A stretch of 64,000 nucleotides of DNA from Elusimicrobiota bacterium (GTDB lineage Bacteria; Elusimicrobiota; Elusimicrobia; F11). The position numbers were made by a program, and so were the translations under genes. Below, piece after piece: positions 47,382 through 57,000 of the stretch (the first letter of the stretch is position 1; the number at the start of each line of letters is the position of its first letter). The notes under the pieces are model-generated. The model searched no databases. It saw only the letters and a list, made by a program, of their open reading frames with translations, and had not been told where the DNA came from. The stretch lies in the NCBI GenBank assembly GCA_044221725.1, contig JBGAON010000002.1, positions 96,001 through 160,000 on the forward strand, in the 5' to 3' direction.

Positions 47382-48976
47382 AAATTGGAAAAGTTGATCG
47401 TTGCCCCGGCGCAGGCGTACCGCTTCTCCTCATCCTTCTTCACATTTGGTTGGCTCTCCCCGCGCTCACGGTTTTTTCTCCGACGTACGACGAACCCGTG
47501 CATCTGACGGCGGGGGCCGTCTATTGGAAAACCGGCGACTACCGCTTTAACGGGCACCACCACCCGGCGTTTGGAGAAATGTGGGCCGCGATTCCTTTAA
47601 ATTTTATGAAGAACATGATCCCCGTCCAGCATCCAGCGTGGATCGCGCAACAGTGGTCGCCCGTGGAGCAATACGCGTTTGCGGATGTGTTTCTATTTCG
47701 GAACTTCACAAACGCCGACCGTCTGATCGCGGCGGGACGGGCGATGCAATTGGGGATGTCGTGCGTGCTGGGCTTGCTGGTTTTTTGGTTCGCGTTAAAG
47801 TTGGCCGGTGTGCGTGCCGCGATTTTTGCGGGACTCTTCTGGGCTCTCTCGCCAACGTTTCTAGCGAACGGGACGATTGTTTCTACCGATCTTGCGTTCG
47901 CGGTGTTCTTTTTTGGTTTTTTTGCCGCGCTCACGCAATTTGGAAAGTTTGGTTACGACGTGCTCGCCGGTGTGTGTCTTGGTCTGGCGTTTGCGAGCAA
48001 GTACTTTGCTGTCGCTATAGTGCCGATCACGGCCGTGTTATTCGTTGTGCAGCCGGCGTTGCGCAAATCCGCACGATCCTGGGGAATTGTTGCAGCGCTT
48101 GGGTTCGGCGTGTTGCTCGTCGTGTACCGCGTCCATCAACTTGATGTTTTTGTGGAGGGAATTCGAAATATATTTGGCCGATCGCAAGCGGGGCGTTCGA
48201 GTTTTTTTCTTGGTCAACACGGTACACAAGGGTGGCTGATGTATTTCCCGTTCGTGTTCGTGGTTAAGACGCCGGTGCCACTATTGATTTCAATTATTTG
48301 CGCTATCGTTGCCGTTTTCGGGGGAAGAATTCGGTATTCGCACGCGTTATGGATTCCGCCTGTCTTGTTCTTTCTTGTTGCTTGTACCTCGAAGGTGCAG
48401 ATCGGCCATCGACACATTCTCGCCATATATCCGTTTCTGTTTGTGATGGCGGGAATTGCGCTCGCGCAGTTCGGGACCATCGGGAACGTTGCCGCGGGAA
48501 TTCTGCTCGTGGGGAATGCTGTTGGAACATTCCTGGTTCGGCCGAACTATCTACCGTATTTTAATGAACTGGTGGGTGGCGGCGCGAACGGATACAAATA
48601 CGTGACCGATTCGAATGTGGACTGGGGGCAAGGTTTAAAGCAGCTTGCAAGCGAATTGTCGGAAAGCGAGCGGCAGCGTGGAATTTACTTGTCCTATTTT
48701 GGCGTTGTGGACCCGCACGAATACGGAATTCGCTACATCAACGTGGGATCGGACCGCATCGTGCCGCGAACCGATGATGCACCGACACTGGTGCAAAAGC
48801 CCACGATGTTCGCGATCTCCGTAACGAATTTGCAGGCGACGTATTATGGAAATTCCACCGTTTTTGACTGGCTGCGTGGTTTCACGCCCACAAAAAAGAT
48901 CGCGGACAGTATTTTCGTGTACGATTTTTCTGAACATCCCGAAGCGATTGCTCGGTTGGAGGCTTTGCGCGGATGA
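47378..48976 (+). CDS. ArnT/PMT-like (GT39/GT83-type) GT-C glycosyltransferase
   Basis: SPTYDEPVHL, HPAF, GLAFASK, IGHRHIL, DSNVDWGQGL; multi-TM; TTG 47378 overlaps the previous stop (TTGA). Confidence 0.8.
   Translation: MKIGKVDRCPGAGVPLLLILLHIWLALPALTVFSPTYDEPVHLTAGAVYWKTGDYRFNGHHHPAFGEMWAAIPLNFMKNMIPVQHPAWIAQQWSPVEQYAFADVFLFRNFTNADRLIAAGRAMQLGMSCVLGLLVFWFALKLAGVRAAIFAGLFWALSPTFLANGTIVSTDLAFAVFFFGFFAALTQFGKFGYDVLAGVCLGLAFASKYFAVAIVPITAVLFVVQPALRKSARSWGIVAALGFGVLLVVYRVHQLDVFVEGIRNIFGRSQAGRSSFFLGQHGTQGWLMYFPFVFVVKTPVPLLISIICAIVAVFGGRIRYSHALWIPPVLFFLVACTSKVQIGHRHILAIYPFLFVMAGIALAQFGTIGNVAAGILLVGNAVGTFLVRPNYLPYFNELVGGGANGYKYVTDSNVDWGQGLKQLASELSESERQRGIYLSYFGVVDPHEYGIRYINVGSDRIVPRTDDAPTLVQKPTMFAISVTNLQATYYGNSTVFDWLRGFTPTKKIADSIFVYDFSEHPEAIARLEALRG
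47399..47426. repeat. Palindromic repeat family A, single arm (inside CDS)
   Basis: CGTTGCCCCGGCGCAGGCGTACCGCTTC is 25/28 identical to the reverse complement of 46310-46337. Confidence 0.7.
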
Positions 48977-51900
48977 ACGCACCGAGCACCCATTCTCACG
49001 AACAGATTCAAAAGTTTCTTAGAAAAGCCGATGCGGCTTTTGTCTTTCGCTCGGCACTCAAGGGAATTTGCCGTGCGGTTCCCGTTGCGTTCCTCGCGGT
49101 GTTGGTTTTGGCCGGTCTTGATCGCTCGGTCGAAATAGCCGCCTGGGGAAGGCAATTGCTGTGGTTTCTGGGCGCGCTTGGATGCGTGTTTGCTTTTGCG
49201 TCGGGTTTTTATCCGCTGTCGTTGTTGACGTTGTTGTCCAAATCTCAGTATCTCGCGAAACATGGCCAGACAATTCGCCCGGATGATTTGCGCATTGCGC
49301 TCGAGCTTGCCACCGGTACCAGCGACGGAACGTCGCACGAGCTTCGTGAACGGTTCGTCGCCGATGTCGCGGATCGGTTAACGCAATCCCGCGCCGGCTG
49401 GTGTTTTCCAGAATGGAAATGGAAACGGCCGACCTTGATTTTGGTCTGTACATTGTTTTTCGTTGGTGCGCTGCGCGCTTTTTTCCCGGCGGCGGTTCCG
49501 TTGGATGGCCGCGTGCTCTTCCCGTTTTGGTCGTATGAAGTCGAACGCCGCATTCGAGTTGAACCGGGTGATGCGCAGGTGCCCTACGGCGGGGAAGCAA
49601 CCATCGAATTGACTCCGCAAGTTGGCGAAACAGGAAAACCTGTCTTGCTCGTCAAAACGGGAGACAATTGGCTCGAACTTCAACCCAATTATGAAAACAG
49701 CGCAAAACTCGCCTACACAATTAAAAATATCGTGACGCCATTGTATTACCGTGTGGGTTTGCGCGGCAGCTGGAGCCGCAAGTTCGCGCTCACGCCCGTC
49801 GAGACGCTCGCGGTTAAGAAGTTTGATGTGAAACTGGTGCCCCCGGCCTACACCGGCAAATCGGCGTCCGAGCAGACGTCACCGGAATTGACGGGGCTCG
49901 CCGGCACCGACGTGTTGATGAACATTGAAGCTTCGGGTGACATGAAAGGTATCACGCTCGTTTTTTCGGACAATCGCGAAATCGTGGCAGAAAAAATTTC
50001 TGGGCGCTCGGCGAAATTTCATTTCGTATTGGAGAAGTCGGGTTCCTACGGTTTCGCCATGAATCCCGTCTCTGGCTTGCCGATGAAGGCCGAGACGAAT
50101 TATCCGGTCAATGTGGTGCCCGACAAAGCACCAACCATAATGCTTTTGTCTCCGGATCAGGATGTTGTGGTGGGTGAGAAGGAGAAATTGCCGCTCACGT
50201 TTGATGCGCGCGACGACGTTGGTCTCGGACAGATTTTTTTGCAATGGGAAACGCCGAATGGGAAATCGAATCGCGTGGCGGTGAAGTCGTTTGAAAATAT
50301 AACCGAAACGGCGCTCGCAACCGTCGATTGGGATTTGTCCAACGAGAAATTCTCGCAAGCGCAGGTTGTTCGATTCCGACTCGAAGTTCAGGACAAAAAC
50401 AAAGTCACGGGCCCGGGCGTGGGTTTTTCCGAGTGGCGCATACTCGAAATTCGCAGTTTCGATATGGAACACGCGGTTATCGAAAAAGCGTTGGAGGCGT
50501 GGCGAAACAAAACCGTCGAAACGTTGGCGCAAATGACGACGCTCGACAAAAAAATGAAAGCTGAAAACGCGGATATGTCTGCGTTGAGCAAGGAGTTCGA
50601 CGCTGCCGCACAAAACATGAAAAAGTTGGACGATGTTCTCAAAGAGATTGTGAGCCGCATGGAGCAAGATCCAAACGCCGACTACGGCGTGTGGATGGAG
50701 CACAAGGCGATCGAAGAAAACTTGAACGCATTGAATCAGACGACCGTTAAGAACACGCAGGCCGCGTTTCAAACACAAAACAAAGACGTGGCATCGCAGA
50801 ATGTCGAAAGTCTCGCAAACGAGCTTGAACGAATGACCGCATTGTCGGAAGACATGACCAAGACACAGAAGGCGCGTGATGTTCTTCAGTCGAGTGAAAA
50901 CCTTAACGATATTGGCGACAGCCTGTCGTCGTTGCTCGAAAAAGGGGGCGGTGACGAATCGACAAAGCAGAAGATCAATCAGTTGCTGAGCGACGCGCAG
51001 AAGGATCTCGCGAAAATGGCGCAAGCGCTGCAGCAAATGCCCGAAGAATTGCCCGAAGATTTCGTGAACCAAGAGGCACTTAAGAATTTGGAGCTCGGAA
51101 AATCGCAGGATATTTTGAGCCAAATTGCCGATGCCGTAAAGAACGGCGATATGGCGCGGGCGCTGGATCTGGCGAAAAAGTTTTCGAGCGCTGTTAAGTC
51201 GATGCAAAAGCAGTTATCAAAAGCCCACGAGTCGTTTTTGGAATCGCATTCGGCGTCCGATCTCTCGAAGAAGATCAAGACGCAGCAGGAAGCGCTTCAG
51301 AAAGTCGCGGATGAACAGCGCCAAATTCTTTCGGATACACAGAAATTGGCGAGCCAGCAGCTGGATGAAATTATGAAGCAGCAGGAAGAACTGCTTGATA
51401 CGTTGGCGAAACGACAATCGAAAGTCATCGGCAAATCCCACGCTGTCGTTCAAGAAAACGTGAACACCGTTCCGATGCTGAGTCGTCTCGCGGGACTGCA
51501 ACCTATCATGACCTTGGTGGAGAACGAACTGAAATCGAAACGCATTGATAAGAGCGTCGATTGGCTGACGTCCGTTACAATTCAAACGAAAATTTTACGC
51601 ACCGATATCGAAAAGTCGAGCGCGTCGGTCACGATCATCGATCCGGTCCGTGAAATAGACGCCGAGGAATTGGCGATTTTGTCAATTCTCAAGGACCCGC
51701 CGGCGCCAAAAGAGAATGTGAGCGCCGCCGATGAGAAAACATTTCAAGCGTTGGACGCGCGGCAGCAGGAACTTCGTAAGAAAACGCAATCTGTGCGTCA
51801 GGAGCTCGGCAAGCTTTCGCGTCGCACGGCGAGTTTGACTCCATCGCTTATGCAGGCGCTGGGGCGCGCCGGCAATGAAATGAAAAACGCATCCGATGAG

Positions 51901-52275
51901 TTAACAAAGAAAAACGGTGTGGTCGCACAACGCAGCGAAGAACGCGCGCTCGATAATTTGCTTGAAGGGCAGTCGCAATTGGACGAGGCGATGTCCGCGA
52001 TGTCGGAGATGGCGATGCAACAAGGCGAGGGCGAAGAAGGACAGGGAGAAGGCGGCGGCATGAGCGGCGGACGACCGAAAGTGATTTCGCGAAAATCGGG
52101 CAACGGTCCCGGTGGTTTGCGCGGTTCGCAGATGGGAAAAGTGAGATTGCCGAACGCCGACGATTTCCGCGCACCGAAGGCCTTCCGCGAAGATTTGATG
52201 GAATCACTGAAGGAACATTACCCAAAAGTGTATGAAGACATTATCCAGAAATACTACAAGCGCCTCGCGCAATAG
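48973..52275 (+). CDS. DUF4175-like membrane-anchored coiled-coil protein
   Basis: 3 N-terminal TMs, PPAYTG, PDKAP, ARDDVGL, Ig-like part, long Q/E/K coiled coil, C-terminal IIQKYYKRL. Confidence 0.75.
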   Translation: MNAPSTHSHEQIQKFLRKADAAFVFRSALKGICRAVPVAFLAVLVLAGLDRSVEIAAWGRQLLWFLGALGCVFAFASGFYPLSLLTLLSKSQYLAKHGQTIRPDDLRIALELATGTSDGTSHELRERFVADVADRLTQSRAGWCFPEWKWKRPTLILVCTLFFVGALRAFFPAAVPLDGRVLFPFWSYEVERRIRVEPGDAQVPYGGEATIELTPQVGETGKPVLLVKTGDNWLELQPNYENSAKLAYTIKNIVTPLYYRVGLRGSWSRKFALTPVETLAVKKFDVKLVPPAYTGKSASEQTSPELTGLAGTDVLMNIEASGDMKGITLVFSDNREIVAEKISGRSAKFHFVLEKSGSYGFAMNPVSGLPMKAETNYPVNVVPDKAPTIMLLSPDQDVVVGEKEKLPLTFDARDDVGLGQIFLQWETPNGKSNRVAVKSFENITETALATVDWDLSNEKFSQAQVVRFRLEVQDKNKVTGPGVGFSEWRILEIRSFDMEHAVIEKALEAWRNKTVETLAQMTTLDKKMKAENADMSALSKEFDAAAQNMKKLDDVLKEIVSRMEQDPNADYGVWMEHKAIEENLNALNQTTVKNTQAAFQTQNKDVASQNVESLANELERMTALSEDMTKTQKARDVLQSSENLNDIGDSLSSLLEKGGGDESTKQKINQLLSDAQKDLAKMAQALQQMPEELPEDFVNQEALKNLELGKSQDILSQIADAVKNGDMARALDLAKKFSSAVKSMQKQLSKAHESFLESHSASDLSKKIKTQQEALQKVADEQRQILSDTQKLASQQLDEIMKQQEELLDTLAKRQSKVIGKSHAVVQENVNTVPMLSRLAGLQPIMTLVENELKSKRIDKSVDWLTSVTIQTKILRTDIEKSSASVTIIDPVREIDAEELAILSILKDPPAPKENVSAADEKTFQALDARQQELRKKTQSVRQELGKLSRRTASLTPSLMQALGRAGNEMKNASDELTKKNGVVAQRSEERALDNLLEGQSQLDEAMSAMSEMAMQQGEGEEGQGEGGGMSGGRPKVISRKSGNGPGGLRGSQMGKVRLPNADDFRAPKAFREDLMESLKEHYPKVYEDIIQKYYKRLAQ

Positions 52276-52305
52276 AAACAAAGAACAGTGGGGTGTATTT
52301 TTTTT

Positions 52306-52420
52306 CCTCCCCGTGTCTCATCAACGGGGAGGGTAGGGTGGGGTATTAATGGGCGTTCCAATTAAGGATGTTCGATTTATGTCCCTCCCTACCCTCCCCA
52401 CTGAGACGACGTGGGGAGGG
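52306..52420. repeat. REP-like palindromic family B, inverted pair (second pair at ~52584-52699)
   Basis: CCTCCCCGT-..-ACGGGGAGGGTAGGGTGGGG (52306-52343) and its inverted relative CCCTCCCTACCCTCCCCAC-..-GTGGGGAGGG (52383-52420). Confidence 0.8.
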
Positions 52421-52555
52421 ATTCTTTTTCTCGCGTTGGTCGCAATGTTTTTATCGTCAGAGCGGGTTGGCGCGTTTCAGACCGAAATCAAGGAACATTC
52501 CTCAAAAGTGTATGAAGACATTATCCAGAAATACGACAAGCGCCTCGCGCAATAG
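52349..52555 (+). pseudogene. Chimeric 68-aa ORF created by the duplication
   Basis: N-terminus copies the downstream peptidase leader; C-terminus (KVYEDIIQKYDKRLAQ) copies the end of the upstream DUF4175-like gene. Confidence 0.7.
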
Positions 52556-52627
52556 AAACAAAGAACAGTGGAGTGTATTTTTTCCCTCCCCGTGTCTCAT
52601 CAACGGGGAGGGTAGGGTGGGGTATTA

Positions 52628-54091
52628 ATGGGTCTTCCAATTAAGGACGTTCGATTTATGTCCCTCCCTACCCTCCCCACTGAAACGACGTGGGGAGGAA
52701 TTCTTTTCCTCGCGTTGGTCGCAATGTTTTTATCGTCAGCGCCGGTTGGCGCGTTTCAAACCGAAATCAAGGATAAAAAAGATCTTTCGAGTTTCGAATT
52801 GTTGGAAGCGGGATTGGCGACGGAGAAAAATGTACCTCCGCCTGTGTATTGGCTGGGGCAGGGGGATTACGCAAAAGCGTTAAGCGCGCAAGGAGAGGAA
52901 GGGTGGCTTAAGGATTATCTCACCGGACTCAACAAAGTATTTCCGCCGCTCGTTCGGTTCGAATCCGAGCATTTTGTTTTGTGGACGCCACCCGATCAAA
53001 CATTTCTTAAAGATTACGCGCTTCCATCGCTGGAAAAAGCCGCAGCGCACTTCGAAAAACTTTTTGGACACCGCCCGGTCGGGAAGGTGCGCGTCGAAAT
53101 TTATTCCAACAAGGAAGATTTTTCAGTCGCATCCACGCTCAGCGATGAGACGCTGGAGCGTTCCGGCGCGATTGGTATCTGCAAATTCCATCGGCTCATG
53201 GTCATGTCACCAAAAACACTACCGCTCGGTTACCGTTGGTTGGACGCGCTTGCGCATGAGTACATGCATATGATGATCAACGAGCTCACGCATTCCAAGG
53301 CGGAATTGTGGTTGCACGAGGGAACCGCACGTTATTTTGAAAGCTCGTACCGGCTCGATCCGCCAGCGTTTCTTACTCCGGATCAAAAAACGAAGCTGCT
53401 CGAAGCGCTCGAACAAAAGAAATTGGTCGCGTTTGCACGCATGTCCCCTTCGATGGTTTACTTGAAGGATCAAGACGAAGTGTCGCTCGCGTTCGCGCAG
53501 GTGTCGCATGCGGTCAGTGTTCTCGTGCGCGATCGCGGCATGCCGCAGTTTGTGAAATTCCTCGTGTCGCTGCAGAAAATGTCGTTCGCACAGTCTTTTA
53601 AATCGAATTATGGAATGACACCGAGCAAGTTCGAGTCATATTGGCAGAATCAGTTGGGGAAAGAGAAGTGGGAAAAATCAAAAGGCACGATGTCGGATGA
53701 TGTTGTGTTTGCAACGCCCAAAGAAGACGACATGATTGGAGCCGATTCGCAGGCGCAAGTTCGGCTCGGAGACCGTATGCGACGACAGGGTCTGATGGAT
53801 GCGGCGCTGATTGAATACGAAAAAGCGCTGGAGGTTGAGCCAGACAATGCCGTTATTCTGTTAAAAGCGGCAAAAACAAATTTGGCGCTCGGGCAAAAAG
53901 ACGCTGCCATTACCCAGTTGCGACGCGCGATCGAAAAAAATCCCAATTATGTGACGCCGTATCTCGAGCTCGTGCCACTCGTTTCACCGGAACAAGCAAA
54001 GCCACTTCTCTACGAAGCGATTTCCATTAATCCGTTCGATCCGCGGATCGATTCTTACGAAATTTTGGCTGAGAAAATAGAGCGCCATTAG
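52628..54091 (+). CDS. Peptidase MA-like (gluzincin) metalloprotease with TPRs
   Basis: LAHEYMH...WLHEGTA zinc motif; signal/TM segment; C-terminal TPRs. Start could be ATG 52658. Confidence 0.8.
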   Translation: MGLPIKDVRFMSLPTLPTETTWGGILFLALVAMFLSSAPVGAFQTEIKDKKDLSSFELLEAGLATEKNVPPPVYWLGQGDYAKALSAQGEEGWLKDYLTGLNKVFPPLVRFESEHFVLWTPPDQTFLKDYALPSLEKAAAHFEKLFGHRPVGKVRVEIYSNKEDFSVASTLSDETLERSGAIGICKFHRLMVMSPKTLPLGYRWLDALAHEYMHMMINELTHSKAELWLHEGTARYFESSYRLDPPAFLTPDQKTKLLEALEQKKLVAFARMSPSMVYLKDQDEVSLAFAQVSHAVSVLVRDRGMPQFVKFLVSLQKMSFAQSFKSNYGMTPSKFESYWQNQLGKEKWEKSKGTMSDDVVFATPKEDDMIGADSQAQVRLGDRMRRQGLMDAALIEYEKALEVEPDNAVILLKAAKTNLALGQKDAAITQLRRAIEKNPNYVTPYLELVPLVSPEQAKPLLYEAISINPFDPRIDSYEILAEKIERH

Positions 54092-57000
54092 GCGGACTGC
54101 AGAACGAGTCGCACGGTGCGTTCGATATCTTCGACACGAGGAATTAGGTTTTTTAATTCGAGGATGTCCGCGTTCGGTACGTGAACGTGCATGTCCCCCG
54201 AAAGTACAAAACGAACGTCTTTCGCTGACGTTACGCCCGAAGGCAGTTGTTGGTCATGGACACTTTCGGGGTCAAATATGTTGAATTTGATTCCTGCCTC
54301 CTTCTCTTCTTTGTATGTCTTAATCTCGATGCGAGCCCCCAAAAGCGCCAATGCGTTTTTGATTTTTTCGTAATGCTCCTTCGTGTGTGCATTATCTTTG
54401 ATAAGCCACACGGTGGGTTTCGTGAGTCCTGTAATTAGCATTCCTGCCGCTATTGATTGGGCGTTTTCGGTTCCTTGGAAAATGTACTCGGTCGCTTTGG
54501 TTGTGGCGGGTGCGGGCGTCACGAGTCCAAACGCTTCGATGATCACGGCTGTGAGTGCCGGCGCGTACAGATCGGCGGATTCTGGCGACATGTTCGGCAG
54601 TTGTTGACGCAGTTCGCTTCGAAACGTGCGTTTCTCCGCATTCTTTTCCCAGCGGTTTAATACCTCGTTTAAACCATATTGTTCGACGTGCGGCGCCAAC
54701 AGTCGCAACGCGGCCGCGCGGTCTTTCTTTGAAATTGCACTTACCAGATGTGCCAGAAGTTCCGCGTCAGCCTGTGCATATTTCGGCCGTTGGCGTGCGG
54801 ATTCATCCGCGTGCAAAAGATTGTTGGCGAAATAGTGACTGAGCATCGTGTTGAACCCAAAGTAGCGATACGTTTTTGCATCGCCAGGAATTACCAACGT
54901 TGAGGAATAGATTGCAAAAACAGCGATGAGTGTCGCAAACACGCTGTTCGTGAAGCGCGGTTCCGAAAACTGTTTTCCATAACGGCGATTGATCCACGGA
55001 ATGAGGAAATATTCCGCTGCATGCAGCGCTGCAAACAGGCTCCACGCGAACCTATTTGCTGTTTTGAAATCCATGCCGAGGTTGACGAATGCGCAGACAA
55101 CCAAAAACACGAAAGCGTTTTCAAGGAATGGCGCCACCATGCGGTTGTATGTTGTTGGGCCCAAGGAAGGGAAAAGCCATAAAACGCCGCCGCGGAGCGT
55201 GAACAATAATCCGCCGGTGCCAGAAGAATTGTTTTTCTTTGCGCGTTCGACGGCGCTGTAGAGAATGGGATAGGGCGACGCGTTAAATTCGATTTCCACG
55301 GGTGCTGGGGTCACCGATTCCGCGTTCGGATCCACGGATGGAATGTTTGATACGACAAAAAGCGGCCTCATGTCCGGCGTAACGGAATTTGATCCCCGAG
55401 GATTAAGCATCAGCGTTACGGAGGAATCAAGTTCCAGTGACTCTCCGGCAAAAAGAACTTGCCCCGAATGCATATTGGCTAAAACGGCTGATTTTCCAGG
55501 TCTTATTAAAGCCACGTAACAACTTCCATCGGCCTGCATTTGCACGAGGTACGTATTTTCTTTGTGGTGAAGTACAAATTCGCTTTCTTCGTATTGGAAT
55601 GAAAATCCTTTGTCGGGATCGATTCGAATGAAGAGTTTGACTTTTGTGCTCGCGACCATTTCACCATCGTTGTTGATTCTGCGTCGCGTTTTCTTCTCGA
55701 TTCTCGCCGCTGCCGCAATATGAGGAGGAACCGTTAATATGTTCGCAGCAGCAGCAAAATAGATGATGCCATCGGCATTGACAGCAAGGGCATCGTGAGA
55801 AGTGAGTGAGGATGAAATATCGTTTTGCGATAGCGGACCGTTCATGACGACGGTTTTTCCATTGGTTTTAAATTGCTTCCCGGAGAATTTCATGTGAAGC
55901 CACTGGCTGTATCGTGTCGTCAATAACCGCACCGGCTTCCCAGCGACGGCGCGATGCGCGAGCCGCACGTTGTCTGGAACTCGTGGACGGTTTAAGCGCA
56001 CCATTGTGCCATCCGCTGATTGTTCATCGACAATAGTGGCAATGAAAAATCCTTTTTCTTTTGTGACCATAATCGAGCGTTGATTGGCGAAATAGAATTT
56101 TTCTCCGAGTCCGAACGTCGATTCGCGAGGATGCGCGCCCGCGGAAATTGGTTCGTCAAAAAACTCTGACGCTTGTCCGTCTTCGATTTGAACAATGCGT
56201 TCGCCGGTGACGTGGCGGGTCAATTTGATTTGATCGTTTTCGATCGGCACGAATTCGTATTTATTGCTGGCGTCGATGCTGCGGGCTGATTGATTGTTGT
56301 CCAGGTAGATAATTACGGGGCCGATAAAAGCTTCTTTGAATTCAACGTGGTGGTTTGCATCTTTTAAAAGAGCCACCACCGGTGTTTCAACGTTTTCGTT
56401 GAGTTTGGTGCGAACATTGTTCAGCAACATAAGCATTTCTTTTTTGCTGAGATCGGTATTCCCGACGATGGGGTTGATCCAGTTTTCTCTAATGTCCGTT
56501 GGGATGCGCCGGTGTTCGATGGATTGGTTTGCAATCTGGTCAAGCAGTTGCGGCGCGAATGTGGTGTTGATAAGCCGTTCAAGCAGCGCGGTCTCGATAT
56601 TTTTCAGCTGTTGGTCACGAAGAGGATCTTTTCTGTTAACCAAGAAATGGGGGGCTGCGCTGGAGAGCACGGTGAGAAAAACCGCGATATTTGTTTGTTG
56701 AACGAACGAAAAAATAGTGCTGCCGAACAAAATTCCGGAAATAGCGACGATCAACGCTGCCATTGAATTGTAAGCGGGAGGCGCGTGGAATTTTGTGCCG
56801 AAGAATTTATGGAAAGCGAGAATTACGGCACGTTCGAACGGGTGAAGCAACGCGAAAACGGACCACGCAAAGATGTTCGCGGTGTTAAAGTCGTAACCGA
56901 ATTGCGCGGTCATAACAAAAACGGCGATGCCGACAAGAATGTTTTCAAAAGCCGGTGCTGCCCAGCGGTTATAGTCGGTCGTCGTCATCTTTTCACCGGT

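Larger units (their letters stand above)
52210..52773 (+). repeat. Tandem duplication, two ~280-bp units (~52210-52489 and ~52490-52773)
   Basis: Both units read AAGGAACATT..CAAAAGTGTATGAAGACATTATCCAG...ACCGAAATC; about a dozen substitutions and one small indel between them. Confidence 0.95.

Noticed and set aside
49879..51207. 442-aa minus-strand ORF, and similar long antisense ORFs (e.g. 20396-21337, 13307-14161, 7632-8408)
   Set aside because: They lie wholly opposite well-supported genes and have no motifs; these are antisense shadows of biased codon usage.
52326..52420. GGGGAGGG as KOPS sites
   Set aside because: They are part of the REP-like hairpins and occur with their complements, so they carry no strand polarity.
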